Of a DNA stretch of 64,000 nucleotides, positions 46,862 through 64,000 are shown one piece after another. The notes under the pieces are model-generated. The model was given only the letters and a program-made list of their open reading frames with translations. It did no database searches and was not told where the DNA came from. Position numbers and translations under genes: made by a program. How positions within the stretch are numbered: position 1 is the stretch's first letter; every line of letters starts with the position of its first letter. This stretch comes from Hormiphora californensis (taxonomy: Eukaryota > Animalia > Ctenophora): positions 2,046,001 through 2,110,000 of the forward strand of contig CM035350.1 in assembly GCA_020137815.1 (NCBI GenBank), given 5' to 3'.

Positions 46862-47600
46862 CAGTCGGACCCCGATTTACCGGGATCCTCGGGGGAAGCC
46901 ATTTTGCCCGGTAAATCGGGGTGCCCGGTATATCGGGGTAGAGCATATATTTGATCCATAAACCCTACCCATAAATCCTACTTTTGTCCAAAATTCTATA
47001 CCAAGACACCTCTGTATAGTATACATTTATTGATGACAATATTATCAATATCAATGCTTCTGTAATTAGAAATAGAAAATTTAAAAAATTCAAAACTTCC
47101 CCCCCCCCCCCCCCCCCCCGACCGAGTCCGAATCGTGTTTCGAATCGGTGCATCTTATCACGTGTCCTGCCGCTAATTAGACGGTTCGAAACGAACCGAT
47201 ACGTGATACCATGCCGAATCTGGGCACCCTAAGCGGGGTGAGGAAGTATCAAAATTTCAAAATAACTTTTTCTCTGAAAATTTACGTGGAGCATCGATCA
47301 AAGCATTGACAATCATTCTGTAAAATTTTGCAAAAAAGTTATGAAATTTTTCTAAGGTAGGTATACCAGACACGTTCGAATCGTGTTTCGAATCGGTACA
47401 TCTTATCACGTGTCCTGCCGCTAATTAGACGGTTTGAAACGAACCGATACGTGATCCCCATTAGACCTAGCAAATTGCAAATGCAAGTTAACCAACCGGC
47501 AAAACTTCGAAAATTTACCAAAAAAAATTCGGGGGAAAGAAATCCTCCCGGTAAATCGGGGTTCCGGTAAATCGGGGCCCGGTAAATCGGGGTCCGACTG
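46862..47600. mobile_element. Tc1/mariner/pogo-type MITE, family of 5489-6350
   Basis: TA|CAGTCGGACCCCGATTTACC ... GGTAAATCGGGGTCCGACTG|TA. Shares internal blocks (GGCACCCTAAGCGGG, AATCGTGTTTCGAATCGGTGCATCTTATC) with 5489-6350. Confidence 0.88.
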
Positions 47601-47884
47601 TATTTCAAGAAACAAATTTTTTCTAAGAATGAACTTGCCTTGTTCGTCCCCCAACAAAACAAGAAACCACAGTATTAAGCAGTCCAAAAGCTAATAAATT
47701 GTCTCGTTTACTGAGAAACTAAACAAGTTAGGAGTTTCTTATTTTGTTGAATTGTGTGGTTTACATTTTATAAGATTCTTACTAAAGCGTTTCTTACGAT
47801 TATTGTAAGGTAGTTTATACTTTCATTTTGCTTCTAGTGTCCGTTTCCTAACCAAACACTCCCCCTCTCACAGTCCGCAGTGTA

Positions 47885-48380
47885 ATGATGATGGGAAGTG
47901 GGAAGATCACTATGTTACCACAGAGCAGCTCCACTAAAGGGTTCATGATCAAAGATATCTTAGAGAAAACACCACTCCTTCAACCAATCTCTCCGCCGTC
48001 CGTTACAGGTATGTGTTGTAAAATATATAGGGCTTTTTTCTTGCGACATCTCTACGACATTAGTAGGGTTTTACTATTTTACTGTTTTGATGTTGTTGAA
48101 GCGAGTTGTTATGATGATATGTTGTAGCGTAGGAGTCCCTCGAACCGTTCGTCCCGTTTTAAACAAGCGCACAAAGACGAACAGTTCAAGGAGTCGTATG
48201 TTGTTAACGTTGGATGAGTCTATTCATGGGGAATTTGATGTAAGATGCATAGTTGTTAGATGTCAGAGCATTGGCTTGACAGGTTGTTAAGGATATATTA
48301 ACTTGGATTATGGATAGTTCGAGAAAGTAGGGAAAGTAGTAGTTACCCTCGCAAACACCATTACCCCAAAATATGCACCA

Positions 48381-48475
<95 letters not shown>

Positions 48476-49003
48476 AGAGTTCACTTTGTGAGAGTGCAAC
48501 AAATGGGTTGTGCCCTGTTGTCTTGCTAGTCATCTCACTAACTCCCCCCCCCCTCTTTGTATTCTTCTTCACCATCTCCGTTTCACAAGGCTCATGTGAC
48601 CAGGACTTAGAGCCCCGTCAATTTGGCTCCGCTACCAGGAGCCTCATAACACACACACATATTATATTCGTGCATTTATTTATTGGTCTATAGTTTTCCA
48701 GTGATTCTCTTTCACTCTCTATTGGATCATGATTTTATAAAAGGAAAACGTGCCTCAGTTAAAAACAGACAGAAATCCATTTCGATTCGCATGAGGAATT
48801 TTCCACACGGGGGCCACTTACAGTTGTTTGATGTTGTCGCAAGTTTCTCAATATGGAGATTGGAGACAAAGAGGGAGTAATGTGGGAGATGTGTGCAGCA
48901 CATGGGGCATAGCCTAATAGAATGGCTGGATCCTATTTTCTATATAATGCACATCACATCGTGATTGACCCATTAAGTTAGATTGCCTCGACACTATAGC
49001 AGA

Positions 49004-49050
<47 letters not shown>

Positions 49051-51789
49051 GAGAGAAAGGTAGAGATAGAGAGAGATGAGAGAGAGAGAAAGAGAGGAAT
49101 TACATATGGTCATGGTGGTGGTGGTGTTCATTTTACGGTTTGTTGCCTTCAAATTGCGAACAAACATGTGTAAGTAGCCCGTGAGATTCCCAACTCGATT
49201 AGCTAAAGGACACATCTAACTAAAGGAGGGGGTCAGACCTCTGTAAAGGTCTTACAGCTCACTTAATAAAACTGGAAAAAATAGCGAGCGCCATATGTCG
49301 GGGAGTATTGTGTGTTGGCCGGATTAGTGTGCCCAATAGCGACTCAGCCCCTAGCAAATCTTGTTAACTCCTCCCCTAGCAGCCCTCTCTTTAATAGCGA
49401 TCCCCCTCCTCATAATGCCCTCATCTCACCATCTCAGATGAACTACTGCACGGGGGTTCAGAGTGCGAAATGCAGCTGATAATGGACAGCTCGGGTAAAA
49501 TGAAAAAGAAGCGGAAACCCAGGACCAGTTTCACAAATCTCCAGCTGTTTGAGTTGGAGAGGAAGTTTTATCATAAGAAGTACCTGGCCAGTAGTGAGAG
49601 GAAGAAGCTTGCTCAGTTGTTAAACCTAACAGATATCCAGGTACATAATAAACACTGTTAAAGAATATATCGTGTCAATAAATCGTGTCATTTTGCAATC
49701 TCACTTTAAAAGTTTCGAAATCCAAAGTTTTGTGGGTGCAATTACGTATTCTTGAACATCTATCAAATATAATTGCCAAATGTCGCCACTAAGTCATGCA
49801 TAAACGACACGACAAGCAGATTTAATTGAATTTTGCATTTCGTAATGGCATTACGAAAGGCAAAACTTATGAGCCTCTAGATAGTGGCACTAATGGCACT
49901 AATGTCGTGACATGAAGTATTCAGTGAATTGAAACCATTACCTATCAATTGATATAGCACCATGACTCATGTGTCATGACATCACATTCCATACAACTCC
50001 ATTAGTAATGGCATTACGAATTTTACCATTACAACATAAAACAGATCCCTATTCTCAACATGTTGAGAATATTATAATGTTGCAACAGCTTTCATCGCCC
50101 AAACACCAAAAGTATTCTTTAAAACGACTATTTGCGTGATACTCAACAACGCTTTATTTCAGGTGAAGACTTGGTTTCAAAATCGGAGAAATAAGCACAA
50201 GAGGAGTAAGCATGATATGATTCCAATTTTTGAAACAGATTGTGATGCTGCACGATCCATTCTTTTTAGCCAGGTAAAGCACCCCCACAGACACCCTTCA
50301 ACCCCTTTTCCATTCTGTCTGGCGCCGCGACCCCATTCGAGCGCACTGTAGAAATTGGGGTATCGCGCCGCCATACAGTTTCCATTCCATTCTCTCTCTC
50401 TACCTAGCTCTGCAGTCTGCAGGGTACTATTAAAAGATGGAGATAGTTTGGAGAGACCTAGTTATGATAGCTTTCTTTTGTCATTAGTAAAGCGAATCAA
50501 GTGGTGAGGCCACCGATTATCTGTTTCTAGAATATATGTCTCAAGTGCTTCTCTCCCTCTTTCTTTCTCCCTCTCTCTCTTTCTCCCCCTCACTTGAGTT
50601 AACCCTATTTATGTCTAGTCTATACCGGTATGATCTATTGGTAGCCCCCTCACTTTATCCTCAATTATGGTAATCCTCGGTCCCTGTTTCTCCGATTTTT
50701 GTGCTCTAAACCTCAACTTTTCAGGTTGGTGGTTCAGGATTTTCCCGGTCCCTCAAGGCTTTCGTATGTCATGCTCTGGCTAATGACTTTGTGACAATGC
50801 GAGCCCTCGAAGACATGCACCCTCTCGGCCCTGTGTCCCAGGTAAGAGTGGAACCGTGGGAGAGAAATAATAGGAGGGGAAGAGCGAAAACAGATTAGGA
50901 ATAGCTATTACATACTAGGCTGAGAGAAAGGGAATTTTCATGTGGGGGATAAAAGGTTGATTTCGAACAGATGGAGGACTTTGCAATGCAAAGTTTGCAT
51001 TTTTCTTGGAAGTACCTATCAACCATAGGAAAAGTTCACATGTCATTGCTAAATCATTTAACACTTCAAAATGAATTATTTAATTTTCTTCCGCTCATGC
51101 ACAACCACATAACGGCTCCATGTCCTCCCCTCATTTAATGATTTCCGGCTGCCCAGTCTAGTCAAGTGGTTATTAATCAAGAGGTCCGTTCAGCTGTCAG
51201 ATCACCCCACTTTTCCTTCATAGTTCTTTCCTGGGGATTATGTAGTTGTTTGGGCGAGGAATTTTAGTTATACAGCTACTTCGGGATACCACGCGACAAG
51301 ATTTCCTAGTTATACGGTAGTAATTGCAGTTGTGAAATCTTCGTTATGAACCATCACGATGAATCCGTAAAGCTTTTAGTACGTAATTTTACGAGCTTTC
51401 AATTTTAAACTCTGTTAAATAGTTGTTGGGAGAGGGGGTCCTTAGCTTGGTTATAACCCACTTTCATACTGGGAATACTTGTTGAGTAAGGGGGAAGACT
51501 CACACTCTTCCCCTAACTCAACAAGGGAATGCTAAAATAAGAGTAGCCATCTAGTAAATCTATTAATGTGGGGGCAGGTGCGGCAACATGTTTTTAACAA
51601 TTCCTTCTTTCACACAGGTTTCTCTACCATCTGCTATCTCAACAACAGCAAGTGATAGTGCAGCCACGACTGCTGGGGTTTGAGGATCTACAACTACAAG
51701 ATCCTAAATCCAGCCGCCAAAACCTCACGATGGAAACTGATTCCAGTACTATATGGTCATGGAATGACGATGAGAATATCTCGAGATAG
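47885..51789 (+). CDS. NKL-class homeobox protein, Tlx-like, with eh1 repressor motif
   Basis: Exon 1 47885-48008 (FMIKDIL eh1), exon 2 49438-49640 (RKPRTSFTNLQLFELERKFYHKKYLASSERKKLAQLLNLTDIQ), exon 3 50163-50273 (VKTWFQNRRNKHKR). Probable exons at 50725-50841 and 51618 onward; end uncertain. Intron between homeodomain positions 44 and 45. Confidence 0.85.
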
Positions 51790-52262
51790 TCAGAGAGACA
51801 ATTTTGTGTGATTGTGTTAAATTCCATTCTACTTCAGCCACACTTTATATAGAGCAGTTTAACTGACCCGCAACCACATAGAGAGAGGGGGGACTAATGC
51901 AACAGTGGTACCACAACTCACTGCTACGTGTCAGATGCTGGGTTGATTTTCAACGTGTCCTTGGTACCCGAGAGTGCGCGCGCATTTCCCACGGTCTATG
52001 AATACCACTACTTTGGATAATGCGGCGTCCTTGCGCGTTACAGTTATGTGTAGGAGAGGGCTGGACGCGGGACAAAGCAGTGGAATTCCTGTTCCAATTA
52101 GTTTTTTAAGAAGCGATAAACTCTCGTATAACTGGAAAATAAGCAACGTAAAAAGTAGAATAAATATGCAACTCAAGTAAGTTTGTCTCAACCATCGTTA
52201 ATTCTGTAAATTGTTCATTGAAATGTGGGTCATCGCTTTCAGTTTTCTTCCATAATCCCTTC

Positions 52263-58772
<6,510 letters not shown>

Positions 58773-60281
58773 CCTACAACTAAGAAATAGTGGCTAATGT
58801 TAATTAGAAGATACAACAAATAATTAGAGAGGTTGATGTCCATTTAAAAAACTGTCCTCCGCTCTTTTTGTGATATCTCCGGATCCTGATAATGTAGCTA
58901 CATGTAGAGACTACATCCCGAGTGCATTGGAGAGGCCTTAACATATTCTCTTTCTAATGCACCCAGGATGAAGTCCTTACCTCAGTCTACATACTACCTT
59001 ATACTATGTAACCAGGGATATCGCAGATAGTTTCCTGATAAAGCCGTAAGGCGAAAGCTTGCACAAATCAACATTTGTCCCGAATATTTCTCAGCGGCCA
59101 CCCTTCCCCGGTCCCCCACTAGATCCCTAGAAAATATATTCATTAATTTACACGCTAACTACCCACACGCACTAGGTCGCCATTAGTCGTTACGATCTGG
59201 CTGTCCAAAGGCCTGTTTACAGGTGCGTCACGCACCGTGCATGATGCCCAAAAAAGGACCCTGGACAGAATAGACTCTAACCACCAAACCCGAAACCGGC
59301 AAACCACTCAACGGTTTTGGCTAATTCAAAGTTTATCTGATGGGGAATCTCAAGCCCTAACCTCAACCCAGCAGAAACCCTACTTTAGTTCGAACCCTAC
59401 TTTAGTTCTAACTCTGAACGGTGAGTGTGACACTCAAAACAGCCAGAATTTACAAGGCTGAGAGGCTTAGAGCTTCAGCAGTTACCCTAAAGACAGAGCG
59501 CGCGGATTACAAGAGATGTTCTGAGCTGTGATTGGTAGGCTTGAATGTGCATGACTTGAACATTTCCGAGGACCCTCATTATTTTCAGTTTTGGCAAACG
59601 CTGGCTGCTGGGATAAGGCGGCGCTTTTCAATTTTCAGTTTGGAAATTTTGAAAATCTGAACAGATTTTCGTCAAGAGCTGTACTGATTTTCATGAAACT
59701 TCATTTATTAAAATCGAACGCGCGCAGCTGCGCGGCGCTATTTTGTGTTTTGCGCGTGACAAATTTTCCAAATTTTGACGCCGCGCGTCCAGTTTAAAAA
59801 ATATCCGAGCCGCGGCATTTTTGGCCAGCGTTAAAATCTGGGTGTTTTGGGAGTGCTTACAAACGGTTTTTTAGGGTTAGGGCAAAAGTAGGGTTAGGGT
59901 TAGGGTGTAGGATCAAAAGATCACATCGTATCTTAGTTAGCTGACATTGGTTGCATCGGACCGTGACCGAACATCGGGAACAATTAGTTAAATCGATTAG
60001 TTAATCGATTGGATAATTGTCAGGTCCGGTGTAAGCATGTCATGTAGAAACCTAGAGATAGAAGTCAGCTGTGACTCAAGAGTTGTGGTTCCAATGATCA
60101 CATTTATGTGAACATTTGAGGCGATAGCTCAGAGAGATAACTCGCCGAAATGATCACACTAAACCGCTCGTGTTGGTGGAGCTTTAGTCACCAATCAGGT
60201 CATTAGTGTGAACCCAGCACGAGACGGAGCAGTATAAATACACCAGTCATTTGAGAGACAAACAACACACACACATATCTA

Positions 60282-61158
60282 ACGTGTTGGGCAAAAAAAA
60301 TGTCCCCCCTAGACTAGCATAGTTCCAGATATCGTAGAGCTCTAAAATTTTACACAGTTACTCTATGGGACAAATAAATAAGTTCCACAAAATTTCAGAC
60401 TTTTAGCTCAAAGTTCATTTTTTTGATCGGAATGAACATTGTTATTCATTCCAAAAAACATGATTTTTCGGTCCAGAAGCCAAGCAATTGTCTTTGGCTC
60501 TCGATTTTCTTTCAAATGCGACCAAGAAAAGCCAAAACGGACAACCACATGGCACACAGTGGTCATGTTTCTGACAGTTAGCCAGGTCATGTGATCCCAA
60601 CCGAATCGTGAGTTGCTAATCAGGCTTAGTGGGGAAGAATCACGTATCACAGTCGCTAATGAGGGATGTGTATCGAAAAAGCGACATGTGATTCGGCATC
60701 ACTTGGGTAAAGAGGCCACTTGTTAATGAGCTTCGGATCTCATGACCAATAGTCATCGTCATCCCTCATTAGCAGCTGTGATACGTGATTCTCCACCACT
60801 AAGCATGATTAGCAATTCTGAATAAATTACACGATTCGGTGGGGATCACATGACGTGACTAACTGTCAGAAACATGACCACTGTGTGCCTTGTGGTTGTC
60901 CGTTTTGGCTTTTCTTGGTCGCATTTGAAAGAAAATCGAGAGCCAAAGACAATTGCTTGGCTTCTGGACCGAAAAATCATGTTTTTTGGAATGAATAACA
61001 ATGTTCATTCCGATCAAAAAAATGAACTTTGAGCTAAAAGTCTGAAATTTTGTGGAACTTATTTATTTGTCCCATAGAGTAACTGTGCAAAATTTTAGAG
61101 CTCTACGATATCTGGAACTATGCTAGTCTAGGGGGGACATTTTTTTTGCCCAACACGT
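60282..61158. mobile_element. Foldback MITE with TA TSD inserted in the gypsy LTR
   Basis: TA|ACGTGTTGGGCAAAAAAAATGTCCCCC ... GGGGGACATTTTTTTTGCCCAACACGT|TA. Near-identical inverted arms of about 390 bp. Confidence 0.9.
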
Positions 61159-62283
61159 TATATACAGTTATTGACTTCGTGATTTGGAACGAGAATTGCT
61201 ATTTGTACATTTGTCTAACACATTACTTGATACAACTCCCAAACTCTTTGTATCTATTACGACTACTACTACAGCCGAACAGCAAAGCAGCAGACAGAGA
61301 CAAGGTACGCCACTGATCACCAGCCACTAACATTCACCACGATCACACTCATAACACAAACGATAGCGGACACAACATTGGTGCTGTGACCAAAAGGCAA
61401 GACAAGACAAGACTCGTCGAGACAGAGACTACATGACAGGCAGTCCAACCAGCTCACTAAAGTTACTTTTCGACTCACAATCAGACACAGGAACAGAATC
61501 TACAGAATCTTTAGCGAAAAAAGGAGCAAAACCCTCCAGGCGAACGAGTGATCTGCTGAAAGAGGAGAAGGGATTGGTAATCCTACCGGCACAGCCAAGA
61601 GTAAGCCCGCCAATAAAAAGGAGGGAAAACAAAACAGATACACGCAGAGGAGAACAAGGAAATGGGAGACATATAGACAAGAAACAGGCAGAATGCTACC
61701 GATGTGGCAACATAGGACACTTTGCAAGAGAATGTTCCACACCACAAACAAAACCACCATCACCATGCCGAAAGTGCGGAGGGTGGCATTGGACAAACGA
61801 GTGTAGAAGCTCACAGAAAAGACAGGAAGAATATCAGAAAAAACGAAACAACAGGAAGTCGTATAACAACAGACAGAATTCCAACGGTAACCGAAACAGC
61901 TACCGAAACAACTGCCAACCTCAAAACAACGACAAGAGGAAATCGTTTAACCAAGGGTCTCGGAATTACCGAAACAACCAGGGCCATCAAGACAACAGGA
62001 ATGGTCCCGACAATTACCAAAACAGAGGGGGAAGGAACAACAACCAGTCCAGACACCTCAATACACAACAGGGTCTGGATAATCAGCAAAGAGGGTCCAG
62101 AGACCAACAATGGGTGTACACAGTTCGGGAAAATCCACAAGATGAGATAGAACAGATTACAAATCAGTTGAGAGTGATGCCATTGACTGATAACAACAGG
62201 GTTCGGAGAAACGACAAAAATTACGAGGTGGCTGAATCGTCCCAGGAATACAATACAACATTCATATCAAGCTTGTTAGGGGA

Positions 62284-62327
62284 TTTAAACTAGGTCAGCC
62301 CCGACAGACAGTCGAGGCAGACGGGGC
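62284..62327 (+). promoter_or_regulatory. -1 programmed ribosomal frameshift signal at the gag-pol junction
   Basis: T TTA AAC heptamer in the gag frame directly before TAG. The -1 frame runs open into the protease. Downstream stems GCCCCG/CGGGGC and CGAC/GTCG. Confidence 0.75.
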
Positions 62328-64000
62328 AAACGGAACAGAGAGTATCGTAGCCCCCGAGAACAAAATACTCTCAATCAAAGGAGACCAAGGGACATCACTG
62401 TTTGCGATAGGAGAATTGAAGGGAAATTCAGTCAAGTTCCTCATTGACAGTGGTGCCGTGTTAAATTGTATATCTACCAAACTACTACAAGCCCTGAACT
62501 TTAAACAAAAATTATGCACTGCAGAACAGTTGATGGGAGCAGGTGGACAGAACTTGCGAGTTCAAGGGAGGTACCTTTCACACTAGGTAACACTAAAATT
62601 CAGTGCCGAGTTCGTAGTGATTGACGAACTGATCCTACCCCTCATTCTTGGATCCAATTTCCTCATCGGAAATAAGCTAACAATTGACTTTGAAGCACTA
62701 CTGATGCGAAAAGGAAAGGACATCATCTCACTGAAAGTAAAGGAGGCACCAGACACCGTAATCCGGGTGAGGACTGACGATACAGTACGAATCAAGGGGG
62801 AACAGACGGTCAGTGCAGAGTGTAACGTGGTTCACGTTAACACGGGACAACTGACAGGTCAAAACGACGGATCGTACATGTACCAACCCAGTTCATTATT
62901 ATGGCCAATAGACACCATAACACCATCATGTGCAGTTGATGTAGACGACGGGAAATTGACGGTGGATTTCAGTAGCACAGAACAAGGTGTAGAGTACTAT
63001 TTTCCGAAAGGGACAGTACTGGGACACCTGACAAGTGTAAACCGAGCAACACAAAACATACAGCAACCCCTAACAATCAACCAGAAAAGAGACAAGGTGC
63101 TATCTGAACTCAAGATACAAGAGGAAGGACAGATAACAGAGTTAACAAAGTTGGTAACAGAGTTCCTTGACGTATTTGTAGCACATAAGTACGACATAGG
63201 GGACACCGACATACTAGAAGCGGAAATAACACTAACTGACGACAGGTCCATCGCACTTCCACCAAGGAGGATACCAGTAAAATTACTACCCAAAGTAAGG
63301 GAGGAAATACAAGCACTACTGGATATCGGGGTAACACAACCATCCCAATCACCATTCAGTACGCCAACAGTAATTGTGCAAAAGAAGGGCACAAGTGAAG
63401 TTCGTATCTGTACGGATTACAGGGAACTGAATAAGAAAACAGAGTCTTTTACATCCAGTATCCCATCACCAGACGTCATTGTGGCTCAAGTTGGGGGAAA
63501 AGAGTATTACACCTCACTAAAGGGTACATGAGTCTTAGAATTAAGGATTCAGACAAATATAAGACAGCGTGGAATGTCCCGAGAACCGGAATTTTCGAAC
63601 AAAACAGACTCGGGTTCGGACTCAAAAACACACCCAGCTACTTCTGCCAAGCACTAACAATGATTTTTCGACACTTACCGGGCAACATACAAGTGTACCT
63701 CGACGTCATTCTGGTGGGCACAAACACCATCGACGAGATGATACACGACATGAGGACCATCTTCGAATGCCTTCGACAAGGCGGATTGAAAATATCTCCG
63801 ACGAAATGTTCGACCATCACTCAGAGAGAAATTACTATGCGCCTGGCTAAGTTAGGACGGAAATGAAGATAAGAAATAAGCTTGGTGCGTTTTGAGCTTT
63901 AAGATCCCTATTACGAATCCTCAAGTGCAAGGAGCAATCAAAGACATCTCAGCTACCCCCAGAATAGCCAATATAAACCGAGTAACCAGAAACAGAGAAA

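Larger units (their letters stand above)
59906..64000 (+). mobile_element. Degenerate Ty3/gypsy LTR retrotransposon (5' LTR, partial gag, PR, RT; runs off the window)
   Basis: Putative LTR TG(59906)...CA(61377) with TATAAATA near 60233. PBS TGGTGCTGTGAC (61379), similar to the tRNA-His 3' complement. gag knuckles CYRCGNIGHFAREC and CRKCGGWHWTNEC; protease FLIDSGA (about 62440); RT PSQSPF, RICTDYRELN, FGLKNTP, YLDV (YxDD mutated). Confidence 0.88.

Overview
Eukaryotic (animal) genomic DNA with short GT-AG introns, many (CT)n/(GA)n microsatellites and many palindromic non-autonomous DNA transposons. Frequent nested genes and splice acceptors just before start codons suggest a ctenophore-like non-bilaterian (inference only). 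Genes reconstructed by hand: (1) a white/ABCG transporter (-, 2570-21036), whose 8.6-kb intron holds an antisense RNAi-type RNA-dependent RNA polymerase (DLDGD intact) with a long unexplained C-terminal extension; (2) DBF4 (+); (3) a TEX36-like gene (+), whose first intron holds two intronless same-strand genes, WDR60/DYNC2I1 and CLHC1, an apparent nested ciliary operon; (4) a Tlx-like NKL homeobox gene (+); (5) PDIA4/ERp72 (-), with an antisense UNC93/MFSD11-like transporter in one intron. Mobile DNA: an L2-like LINE, an RTEX-like LINE, a decayed Ty3/gypsy element with a -1 frameshift signal, several foldback MITEs (one with Chapaev-like ends inside the RdRP intron), a triple-nested transposon carrying a 63-bp satellite, and a Helentron-associated-like element. 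Many coding regions carry clustered single-base indels, most likely long-read consensus errors, so exact ORFs are provisional. All homology calls come from motif recognition; no searches were run.
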